Below are positions 1 to 12,070 of a DNA stretch of 64,000 nt, one piece after another. The DNA lies in assembly GCF_006345805.1 (NCBI RefSeq), contig NC_043000.1:43958001-44022000 (forward strand). Direction: 5' to 3'. Below the pieces are notes generated by a model. That model was given only the letters and a program-made list of their open reading frames with translations. It searched no databases and was not told the origin of the DNA. Both the position numbers and the translations under genes were made by a program. Origin of the DNA: Octopus sinensis. Its lineage: Eukaryota. How positions within the stretch are numbered: the stretch's first letter is position 1; each line of letters starts with the position of its first letter.

Positions 1-629
1 TCTTTTCTGTCATTTCATTTACCCTCCTCTAATTTACTAAGTGTGTTATTCTTTCAACTATCCGATCTACTGTATCATAAGATAATTTCCTACGAAATAT
101 GTTTCAAAAATTTTTATTTATTATACACATAATGTGAGAGCTTTTGTCCCATATTAATATCACACAGTAAATTACCGAGTACATGGAGTAGACGTCAAAC
201 GACCGGTGTCGTCTCTTGAATGTTTTAACTATAAAAGGGCGAATTAAGGAACGGAAGACATCATAAACTAATCAAGTAAATGATAATTTATTACATGAAG
301 GGCAAGTTTAAACTCAACATAATTTTTACTCAGACTGGGAAAATATGATGTAAATCGGGAAAAACACTGCAAAACAATGGTTCAATGTTCTATTGGTTAT
401 ACTAAATCACTACTTAGGACATCTATTGAAACACTAACTAAATGCAGTCGTAATCAAATTACGTCCATTTTTGACCGGTGTACAAAAATGGACCCTGGCC
501 TGAAATATTTTAGCAGAAGCATTGGAAATTCACAGCATTAATTTAGGTCGAGGGATTTTATTTAGAATGAATAATTTGACAAGAGGATATAAGCATCTAC
601 AGCATATGCTTAATATTTGGACAGTATAA

Positions 630-859
630 GGCTGATGGCTGGCAGAACGTTAGCGCGCCGGGCGAAATGCGTAGCCGTATTTCGTCTGCCGTTACGTTCT
701 GAGTTCAAATTCCGCCGATGTCGGCTTTGCCTTTCATCCTTTCGGGGTCGATAAATTAAGTACCAGTTACGCACTGGGGTCGATGTAATCGACTTAATCC
801 GTTTGTCTGTCCTTGATTGTCCCCTCTGTGTTTAGCCCCTTGTGGGTAGTAAAGAAATA
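630..859 (+). mobile_element. tRNA-derived SINE, family A, near full length
   Basis: GGCAGAACGTTAGC...GAGTTCAAATTCC (B-box-like), central CCTTTCATCCTTTCGGGGTCGATAAATTAAGTACCAG, tail GCCCCTTGTGGGTAGTAAAGAAATA; near-identical copy at 2752-2962. Confidence 0.9.
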
Positions 860-1084
860 TATATATGGTATGATAAAAGGAATTTTTTTCAGTAAGTTTT
901 TTTCCGGCCGACTAGAAGTGTAAAGCTAGGATGAGGTTTGAGTACCTTTTACTTTATAACGTATGTGCCGAAGGATTAATAATCTAAGCATATTACTATA
1001 ATTATTCCGTATATATGATGAATGCGCGACAATACACACCGAACCCATTTGTAGAGAACAAGTCCGTATTCTAAATTTACTTTG

Positions 1085-1209
1085 TATATATATACATACA
1101 CATATGCATACATATATGCATGCATATATATATATGATGTATATATATATATATATATATATCATGTATATCTATCTATCTATCTATCTATATATATATA
1201 TATATCATG

Positions 1210-1271
<62 letters not shown>

Positions 1272-1280
1272 TATATATAC
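1085..1280. repeat. (TA)n/(TATC)n compound microsatellite
   Basis: Direct reading; explains ORFs 926-1165 and 1082-1318. Confidence 0.95.
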
Positions 1281-2542
1281 ATGTTTTACTAAAGCATGCA
1301 CCTATGCTTCAAGAATGATAAAAGAAATATTTTTTTCCGTAATGGAATTAAACAAATTATCATTTTCCTTTGATTAGGATGTACGATTTATTTTTAAAAC
1401 ATTGTTGGGTAACTTTATATGCAGTGATCACATATTCTACAACACCGCTCAGTTTTGTCCGATTTGACCATAATTATTTCTTAACAAAACATTCTGTCTT
1501 TCCGAAATTAATTTTCATGTAATAGAAACTGTATGAATTAATACCATTGGCACAAATACCAAACGCGGCATTATTGTGTTAGAATCAAATTAATACTGCT
1601 GCCTGTTGATATAAATTGTATGTATGATCTGTTCCGCTTTAGGCAGTGAAAACAGTTTCCAGAGAATCATCTGACATGCCTGAAGCGAATTTATGTCTGT
1701 TGCTTCGTAAGCTTTCTGGCCTTTACTTAGATCTATCTTTGCGTCGTCATATTTGGAACATTACAGCTATCCACTGAATTAGGACATCGATGTGTTGCAG
1801 TTATAAACCGGAGGTGAATGAATTCTTGCACCAATCATCCAAATCTGTTTGATATGTATGTGGGCTATGTTATACGCGCTCACATATCTAATGTCGAAGA
1901 TAGACTGTAGTAAATTTTAAAGTTGTCTTCAATGTTCTCAAGAGTACAAAGCACTATAATCTTTATTTCTTCTCAGGCAGATACTATTGATATCGATATT
2001 TTTGTGATTTCCAGTTGATGTCACTATTTGGCATGTTTTGATGTCTATGAAGTGGATTTCTTTTACAGTCCAGTGAAATATCCCAACTACTGCAAACAAC
2101 ATTTTTACTGCAAATGCATAGTAGGATAAAATCTTGTTATGTATGTATTTATGTATGTTACTATGTATGAATGTATGTATGTATGTACGTATGAGAAATG
2201 AGGAGCAAGCAATCATAGCTTTAAGGAAGAAATTTATGAGGCATTAATATATTTACAGGATATAAATATGACGTTACGGCTGATCTAAGTGTTCAACTGT
2301 TGCCAGTCTTTTGTCTTTGACTTTGATATCGTTTCGAATCATGCTTTTCTTTCAGTGTTGTTGTCTGATTCTGCTAAGTTCTCATTGGATCAGAGCTTGG
2401 AATTTAAAATTTCGATCTTTCCTCCATCGCATTGGTATCTATCTCTTCTCTGCTTGCAGTAGCTTCTCTTCTATCACTTTTCAGATAAACACACTACGCG
2501 CGCACACACACATATACATACATATATACATATACATATACA

Positions 2543-2574
<32 letters not shown>

Positions 2575-2751
2575 CGACCGATTATTAACGCAACCAAACT
2601 TCTACATGTTACTTTTGACAATCTTTTTCCAAAGAGTGAAACCGGTAAACTAAAAAAGCATCTTTTAAAATTGCATATTCAAACCTTCTTTCGTATATAA
2701 CTCCACTCGTGCGGTACCCTATAACTCCACTTTGTTATATATATATATACA

Positions 2752-2962
2752 CGTTAGCACGCCGGGCGAAATGCGTACCCGTATTTCGTCTGCCGTTACG
2801 TTCTGAGTTCAAATTCCGCCGAGGTCGACTTTACCTTTTATCCTTTCGAGTTCGATAAATTACGTACCAGTTACGCACTGGGGTCGATGTAATCGACTTA
2901 ATCCGTTCGTCTGTCCTTGATTATCCCCTATGTGTTTAGCCCCTTGTGGGTAGTAAAGAAAT
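2752..2962 (+). mobile_element. SINE family A, 5'-truncated, followed by (TA)n to ~3110
   Basis: High identity to 646-859. Confidence 0.9.
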
Positions 2963-2969
2963 ATATATA

Positions 2970-3014
<45 letters not shown>

Positions 3015-3036
3015 ATATGATATTCCCTCAAATAAT

Positions 3037-3092
<56 letters not shown>

Positions 3093-4896
3093 TATATATA
3101 TATATATATGTCATTGTTATGGACTTCTAAATGATATGGAAACCTATAAGTAACTACAAAAGTTACAAGCTAATGGAAACGAAGAATATCAAAAATCATA
3201 AGAGAATCTGATATATCAGAGTTTCTGAAATATAAGTCGAAAAATATTCCATAAATTTTGCTGCAATTTTGCGATAGGCGCACTCAGAGTCACGACTCGA
3301 AGCTTATTTGATTATACTCGAGAGAATAGAAAGGTTAGCATGAAAGTAAATATATGAACATATGTGAACTATATGTTGATGTTATGGAAAATATTCTTCA
3401 GTGTTAGATACATCGGGAACACCATAAAAGCGACATTATCACCGGCAGATATGGCAGTTACCAAACTAACACTCGCTGAGAAAATAATTGAAAACGAAGT
3501 GGAGTTTATTAGTATCGCTGATTATATACTAATAATGAAAATATAAGAATTTTCTGGATATCAAAAAAACTTGTTTTCATTAGACAAACCATCTGGAGAA
3601 AAAATGCTCCTGAACCGCATTTAAAACCTATATGCATTTGATGTTTTTGCAAATTTAAAGTCATACCTGCATTTTCATTTCAGTTATAGTATTTTTCTTA
3701 TTTATAAATTACACATAACCTACATATGTGCCATTTTCTGCTTAACTTAAGAAAATAAATTCTACACTAGGATAAATGAAATTACTATGCTATGATATAA
3801 TTATTTCATTAACATTTAAATTAAACATTTTTGTCTTGAGTTGTCCGAGATTTATGTTTAGTGAAAATTAAATAAATTTGATTTGCATTGTCGTATAAGT
3901 AACATGTTTGTTATAAAATTTGATTTTAAAAGAAAAATAGGCATTAACAGAAGCTGTAATATTCGATATATTGATCGTAGATTCCTCGTCTTATAACTCC
4001 GAAAGTGATAGTTTACATTTTATTTCGCCAGTATTTTTAGAAACTGTCCTGTTTATATTTATTTTCTAATATAATATGTACCATAGAACACAACCGTTTC
4101 AGAAAAATGCTTTGTCATGGACATGCATATTCCCGTGGAATCTGAATTAGAGGTTTCCTTTAATTCTATAACTATGGGTAGAAAAATTAGAATGAATAAG
4201 GAAAACATTAGTTTTGCATTTAATATATAAATCACTAGATTTCTGCACATAATCATCCGACATATGTAATAGAAAAAAGAGAAATACAAAGGAACTTTTA
4301 TAAGTTAATATAAAAGTCAATGGGGAATAATAGATAAAGAAAATACCAGTTTACAATAAAATCACATTCGTTGAATTGCAATGCATGCAGATGAAAACTG
4401 GGAAAATAATATTTATTGAATATTGATGTCCATGTCAGAAATGTCGTTTCAAATATTGCGAATAGCTAAAACAACTATCCAGATAAGGGAAATAAAATAT
4501 ATGTGTAGGTAACTGTAAACATACTTGTAAAAAAATTGTTCTATATTAATTCTAGCTATCTGAAGACAATTTTATATCGCTAAATTGTTCTTGGGGAACC
4601 GAATATCATATAGTTTTAAAATATAAAATAGAGCATTATGATGCTAATTTATTCCATAATTACACTCTGTGTTTTGTGCTATGTATGTAATAAATGGACA
4701 AACCATAGTGGAAAAAGAATTAAAAATTTCATTTTCTGTTTGTTTTAACATGAACAAATGACAATAATTTTGTTTCGTTTCCAAACCTTTTGCTGATTAA
4801 TACCTAGGTTCACTGCAAATGCGTGGTTGTAAGCTGAAACCTTGACGTATGCATATAACATAAATATTTTGGCTACAAATGGATGCATGAATAAAA

Positions 4897-5050
4897 CTTA
4901 CCTATCGGTGTGGGCATGGTTGGATAGTAAGAAAGATTCGTTTGCAATCACATGGTCTCGGATTCAGTGCAGCCTCTTTGGCAAATGACCCCAAAATGAG
5001 AGATTTTTAATGAATTTCGTACTTACGGGAGCAGCGAGAGAGTCCGATAT
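4897..5050 (+). mobile_element. Degenerate head of SINE family C
   Basis: GGTTGGATAGTAAGAAAGATTCG...CACATGGTCTCGGATTCAGT resembles the heads at 35064 and 49957 (minus). Confidence 0.5.
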
Positions 5051-5127
5051 GTGTGTATACACAAACACACACACACACACACATATATACACATACACAC
5101 ACACACACACACACATATATATATGTA

Positions 5128-5657
5128 TTAATAGTTATCGCCATACTAATATGGCAGTCTTATAAATATAAGACTAAAGCTGTCGCTGGTTAGCTCCATA
5201 AGGCCACCGCCTCACGCTAGCTATTTGACACACGAACCTACGTCCATTAAAAATCTTCGAACAAGGGAGGTCGGCCGCTTCATCCTGCCAGTTAGACAGC
5301 TACAGACGACGTTTCAGGGTTGTTGCCCCTTATCAATGCAGCGTAGTCAGACTTGCAGGTGTCGCTACTGATCGTCCCAGTTCGAAGGCTTTATTTACCT
5401 AGTTTCAGTGGAATACATCCACTTGTTTTCAATAATAGAACTATTAAAATTACTAAGTCTCTCTAAAGGGGATTACGGCAGCGTTACTGGAAATTAATAG
5501 TTATCGCCATACTAATATGGCAGTCTTATAAATAGAAGACTAAAGCTGTCGCTGGTTATCTCCATGAGGCCACCGCCTCAAGCTAGCTATTTGACACACG
5601 AACCTGCGTCCATTAAAAACCTTCTGACTGCCAGGATGAAGCGGCCGACCTCCCTTG
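5128..5657 (-). mobile_element. 366-bp partial-tandem hammerhead-bearing repeat (PLE pLTR / retrozyme-like)
   Basis: 5128-5258 repeats at 5494-5624 (period 366); 5627-5657 is the reverse complement of 5262-5292 (1 mismatch); homologous to 9307-9782 in the opposite orientation. Confidence 0.8.
5299..5342 (-). ncRNA. Type I hammerhead ribozyme motif with U3-A8 variant core
   Basis: Minus strand GCTGCA-TTGATAA-GGGG caacaa CCCT-GAAAC gtc GTC|TGTAGC: stem I 6 bp, stem II 4 bp, short stem III, GUC site. Confidence 0.65.
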
Positions 5658-5941
5658 AGACTAATTGAAAACCGGTGTGGACTTACTTACGTTCCGATAA
5701 ATTAGAAGTTTGGTAAGATATCGAAAGGATAAGTACGGGACAAAAAGGTCTAGTGGGGTCGATTTATTCAACTAATCACTCCAAGACAGAGACATATCAG
5801 GGCTGGAATCCGATGCCTGAGTCAAGCAAAACAAATACAAGGCCATGAATATTCTCTCAGCTAATTGAGTCGTGCTATTTCATTGAGAAATTAAGAACAA
5901 AATGTACAGCTTCTGCTATTGCAGCTGTCACCTATTTTCTT

Positions 5942-5992
<51 letters not shown>

Positions 5993-6061
5993 ATGTGTAT
6001 CATTATGAGATAGAGATCTTTATTTCTTGAGGTGCAAGATATACTCGTTTATCGTCCATAT

Positions 6062-6345
6062 CAGTGGTTCCCAACCTGGGATCCACGAAATCCAGCTGGT
6101 CCGCAGAAGTAGTACTGGGGGTTCGTGAACTAAGTTCAAATTTTCATATATATATATATATATATATATGCATACATACATACATACATACATACATGCA
6201 TACATACATACATACATACATACATACATACATACATACATGCACACATACATATATATATATATATATACATATATATAAGGACAAGTCTATTAAGAGG
6301 GGTCTGTGATAAAACTTATTTTAATAAAAGGGTTGGAAACAACCG
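6062..6345. mobile_element. hAT-type MITE interrupted by microsatellite
   Basis: Left TIR CAGTGGTTCCCAACCT, right GGGTTGGAAACAACCG (12/16 complementary); flanks GTCCATAT / GTCTCTAT (6/8 match, decayed 8-bp TSD). Confidence 0.6.
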
Positions 6346-8419
6346 GTCTCTATCACTGTTAGTTCATTCTACATGCACATTGAGTAAATCTGTAATTTTC
6401 ATCTTATTGGTATGACGATTGCATTTCCTTACACCCTATCATAAAATGTTTTCGAGAAAATAATAAAGCATGAGAATGATAGAAATTTAATGGAAGTGAG
6501 TGATACTAAGTAATCGTAAATGAACTCGTAGTCCCTTCACATGGTATCATGCATAAAAGTTTGAATATATAACTATGTCGTATAAAAGTGTATTCATTGT
6601 GATAAATGCTGATAAATGAGTTTAAAGTTGCTAGAGTTGCATATTCATGCTTAAAAGGTTTCAGGAAATTGGTTTATGCAGAAAGTAAATCGGGATAATA
6701 GATACATACTGAAATCCTAACAATATTTGCATTTGTTCCTCCTTATTAAATCATTTATTCCCATGAAATTATTGTTTCTAAAATTCTACTGTCGTGAACG
6801 TATGTACAAAAGAAATACTTTATTTCGTTAAATTGAATCTTTCCCTAAGTGAAAGAAGTGATTAAGGATATTGCAATATCAGACATCTAACATTTACAAA
6901 AGTTTTTAATTATTCATCCAAACGACGGTTAGTGATTAATAATTAATCAAATACTTACCGTTACAATAATATCCAATATCTATTTCCCGTGTTTCCAAAG
7001 TACTTACTAAATATATTATTTACCAGATTGAGGGCTGAAATAAAATTTTGCAAAATTAATCATATCTGCTTTGAAATTTACATGAGCGAATATGATTCGC
7101 AAGGTTTTGTAAAAATGAAAATTAACAAGTTTCTTATGGAGGGGTTTACGTACATATGTGAGTATGTCTTCATTCAAATACTCCGATCTTTACAACTTAT
7201 GAAGTTGCAATGTGAAAAGTGAAGTTACAATGATTTAATTTATTAAAATTTAGACATCCATGAGCATATATAGTCATCCTCTTTTCATGGTTATTGTGAT
7301 GTTGAATAACTGACATTTCCTAGAAGGGTTTTCTTGGTCACCCTGATGTCGATAATTGGCATTTCTTAGAAGGGTTTTGTCATTGGCAAATACCAAGTAG
7401 ATAGACTGATAGGAAACTAGTGCAAGGTAGAGAGAGAGAGGGGGAGAGAGAGAGTGAGTGAGAGTGAGACAGACAGACAGAACTACAGTTACATTCCATG
7501 TTATCTTCATCGCCATATTATGCAGATAATTTGATACTTATATTTCTGATCTTACATGGAGTAGTGTACGTTCCTTCTGAGCACAAATGCTTGTATGACT
7601 GTACAGTTTGTTACGTGTGTTTTTTAAGTGCGTGATTATCTGTTGGCATTTATATCTACGGTACGCATTAAGATATATATGTATGAGTGTATGTTGGATT
7701 GTATATAAGTGTGTTCACTTCCATATTTGTGTATGCACTCTGTCATCTCGTGAATGACCCTTTCCATCCGTGTGGTGTCAGTGTACACTTGTGTAGTTCC
7801 CCGCATGAATGTGTGTATGAATGTATGTATGTATGTATGCGTGTGTATATGTCAGATGGCTCTTTTCGCTTTTGCACGTGAGCAAGAGTACGTGAGTGTG
7901 TGTGCGTATGTTATCACCAGCTGTGATATGCGTATGTTATCACATTTTCTGCTAAGAAGGGATACCCGTTTGAGTATATAATCCTCTCTGTTTGGGACTG
8001 TACATTCGGAAAACGATATAACAGGTACCAGCTCCAAGTTTTGCACATGCAACGCTGACAAAACCATAAAGATTAAATACCATTCTAATTAAAGCAACCA
8101 CCAGTAACAATATTACTGTCACCATCAACAGAAACAACACCACCACATCTGTCAACATCATTATCATCTTTTCCATCGTCATCATCGCTATTCATAGCAA
8201 TTATCGCAACTGACAGCCAGTACCATCTGCGTCATCAACATTTGCAATGCTATGCTAATTATCATACACACCTTTACTGTTACAAACATTTACACTGAAT
8301 CACTGCATTAATTAAATTCATCATGTTAGTATGATTATAGGTCTGAGCCTCTGGGTATATTTCTCATGTCGTCACTATTTTATTACACATACACACACGC
8401 ACAAACATAAGCGTTAGTG

Positions 8420-9280
<861 letters not shown>

Positions 9281-9306
9281 TATGTTTACATATAACCTTC
9301 GAACAT

Positions 9307-9782
9307 ATGGACACAGTTTCATGTGTCATATATCTAGCTAGAGGCGATGGCCTATTGGAGCTAATGAACGGCAGCGTTCGTCCTATATTTATGGACTACC
9401 ATATTACCTTGGCGATAACTATCAATATCCAGTACCGCTGACGTAGTCTCCTTTAGAGAGACTTAGAAATAAAAATATGTTCCTATGTTTGAAAACCAGT
9501 GGATGTATTCCACTGAATTTTGGTAAATAATCCTTAGAACAGATGGTCAGTAGCGACGTGTGCTGGATTCGGATATTCTACATTGATAAAGCACAAATAC
9601 CCTGAAACATGTCTGCACGTGCCGGACCAGCTAGTGGAAGCGGGTGACCTCCCCTGTTCAAAGGTTGTAATGGACACAGGTTCGGGTGTCATATAGCTAG
9701 AGGCAATGGTCTTTTTGAGCTAATCAACGGCAGCTTTCGTCCTATATTTATGGACTGCCATATTAGCTTGGTGATAACTAAC
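9307..9782 (+). mobile_element. Second, more diverged copy of the ~365-bp hammerhead-bearing partial tandem repeat
   Basis: ATGGACACAG at 9307 and 9670 (period 363); collinear with the reverse complement of 5128-5624. Confidence 0.8.
9577..9618 (+). ncRNA. Degenerate hammerhead motif (TTGATAA ... CCCT GAAACATGTC)
   Basis: TTGATAA at 9583-9589, GAAAC-ATGTC at 9604-9613 with palindromic ACATGT stem III; stems I and II partly eroded. Confidence 0.5.
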
Positions 9783-9793
9783 AATGTATTTAT

Positions 9794-9831
<38 letters not shown>

Positions 9832-9869
9832 GGAAAAAGCCAAGGTAGAAAATGCTACAATGATTTTAT

Positions 9870-11330
9870 GAAAAACATTTCAATACCGGTTTCAGTCAGT
9901 GAAAAGTTGTGGGTTGGTGGTCGTTGTGCATTCTTGGCAAGGAAGAGGAAGAAGAAGAAGAAGAAGAAGAAGAAGAAGAAGAAGAAGAAGAAGAAGAAGA
10001 AGAAGAAGAAGAAGAAGAAGAAGAAGAAGAAGAAGAAAAGAAGGAGGAGGAGGAGCAGAAGAAGATGAAGAATGCTGGAGTGCTATGATAGTGGTAGAAT
10101 GTGACTTGTGGATGTTAGTAGTGGTTGAATACTTCAGTCACCTTATTTGAATGTATTGTTTATAAAATTTGTGTAGGTGTTATTCTAAAGAGCAATAGTG
10201 GTAACATTAGGAAGGAGATGGCGGAGAGGAAGAAGATAAAGAAGTAAGAGAAAGAGAAGGGACAATGAAAAGGGAATGCTGCTGGTATGATAGTAATTAG
10301 CTGTTAAATGGTCAAGTGACCTAAAATTGAATCGTTAAGGATTATAGCAGTGATTCGGATAGTTCTTTTAATTAGTTCTTGGGAATCTCTTGAGTGTATT
10401 ATTTTTAATATTTCCGTGTGTGTTTGTGTTATTTTAAGGCCTTGGTGGATATGTCGTTTGTTGCAGAAGCGTTGAAAGGGTCTGTATTTTGTAATAAGGA
10501 GAGTCTCTCTACTAATTCGTTGGCAACAGGTTCCCGAATTTGTAGATGGGAAAAAATCTGAAGCTTCGATTTTTATTATTGGCGCAAGAGACAATGTGTT
10601 GGCTGAATGCTATTTTTCTGTTTTAGGGAATTTTGATTTGGGATCTGTGCAGAGCCAACATTTTATGTAGACTGAAATTTGTTTGGCCTATGTATTGCTC
10701 TTGACACCCAGAGCAGGTTTGTGAGTATATCAGGTTCTCCGAAGCATATGTGGAGCTACTTTCACCTGTGAAACGTTGTCCCTGTTTGAAGCAGAACTCT
10801 GATCCTTCAATTAAATTGGCGCATATCGCATAGTTGGGTCTTCCGCACTTTTATACTGACGGCTTCTGTGTTGCTGTTGAGCGTATTTGGGCTTGCGTTA
10901 GGAGAATTTTCATAGATTTGGTTTCTCTCTTACTTTTCATGATGGTGATTGTTTGGAGGATTGAGTTCATACTTGGTCCTTTTTTAGCAGGGGTATGTTT
11001 TGAAGGATGGTGTCGAAGGCTTCATTGTTAAGAAGGTTGTGTGTGGAGATATATGTTAGGGCTTTTGGTTGTAAATCCTTCTTTAAATTGGGAGGTCTGA
11101 GTTAGTGGATGTTGAGTTGAAGGTCACGTTGGAAGCATATGTCAATTAGTGAATGAGGGGATAGTTTCTGGTGATGAGTGTATCCTTTAGTTCATGTAGT
11201 CATGTGCCTCTGGTGTTTGCATTAGAAACTATAGTACATATCCTTTTTGCTAGGTTGAAGGGGATATTCATTTTGGAATGTCTGAGGTGGCATGAGTGGG
11301 AACGGTAGATCAAATTACCCAAAACAAAAG
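9870..11330 (-). mobile_element. Penelope-like element 3' part: RT thumb, GIY-YIG endonuclease, pLTR with (GAA)n
   Basis: Minus-strand translation RSHSCHLRHSKMNIPFNLAKRICTIVS (~11220-11300) and KCGRPNYAIC...ENLIYSQTCSGCQEQYIGQTNFSL..LHRSQIK (~10630-10850); contains stops. Confidence 0.9.
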
Positions 11331-11332
11331 AA

Positions 11333-12070
11333 TAGCATTCAGCTAACACATCGCCACTTGCGCCAATGACAAAAATCCAAGCTTCCGAATTTCCCGCTCT
11401 ACCATTTCAGGGACGATACAACCTGTAGCCAATAAATTAGCAAAATACTATCTTTTTACAAAATACAGACCCCTTTTGAACGCATCAACAACGGTCTTAT
11501 CCCACGGTCTTAGAATAACACAAACACACGCAAATATTAAAAATGATACTCAAGAGATTCCCAAGAATCAATTAAAAACAGTCACTTTTAGACACTTTTA
11601 GGTCACTTGACCATTTAACATCCTACTACTATCATACCAGCTGCATTCCCTTCTCATTCTCCCTTCTCTTTCTCCTTCTTCTTTGTCTTCTTCCTCTCCG
11701 CTACCTTTTTCCTAACTTCACCACATTTTTCCTAACTCACCACCTTTTTCCTAACTTCACCACTATTGCTGTTTAGAATAACACCTACGCAAATTTTATA
11801 AACAATACATTCAAAAGCGATTCTCAAGTATTCAACCACTACTACCACACACAACAAGTCACTTTCAGGGCACTTGACCATTTAACATCCTACCGCTATC
11901 ATGGCACTCCCACCTTCTTCTTGTTCTTGTTCTTGTTCTTGTTCTTCTTCTCCTTCTTCTTCTTCTTCCCCTTCCTCTTCTTCTTCTTCTTCTTCTTCTT
12001 TTTCTTCTTCTTCTTCTTCTTCTCCTTTTTCTTTTCCTTGCCAATAATTCACAACGACCTCGAACCCACA
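11333..12070 (+). mobile_element. Inverted partial copy of the same Penelope-like element
   Basis: Reverse complement of ~9905-10620 (GCATTCAGCTAACACATCGCCACTTGCGCC vs GCATTCAGCCAACACATTGTCTCTTGCGCC); (TTC)n mirrors the left (GAA)n; internal repeat GTCACTTGACCATTTAACATCCTAC at ~11602 and ~11872. Confidence 0.85.

Noticed and set aside
4078-4167. Possible 90-nt minus-strand exon (IELKETSNSDSTGICMSMTKHFSETVVFY)
   Set aside because: Splice-like ends and an open frame, but short and without recognisable homology; expected by chance in 64 kb.
9868-9902. CTGACTGA...GAAA on the minus strand as a hammerhead in the Penelope pLTR
   Set aside because: Core spacing is wrong and there are no convincing stems II/III.
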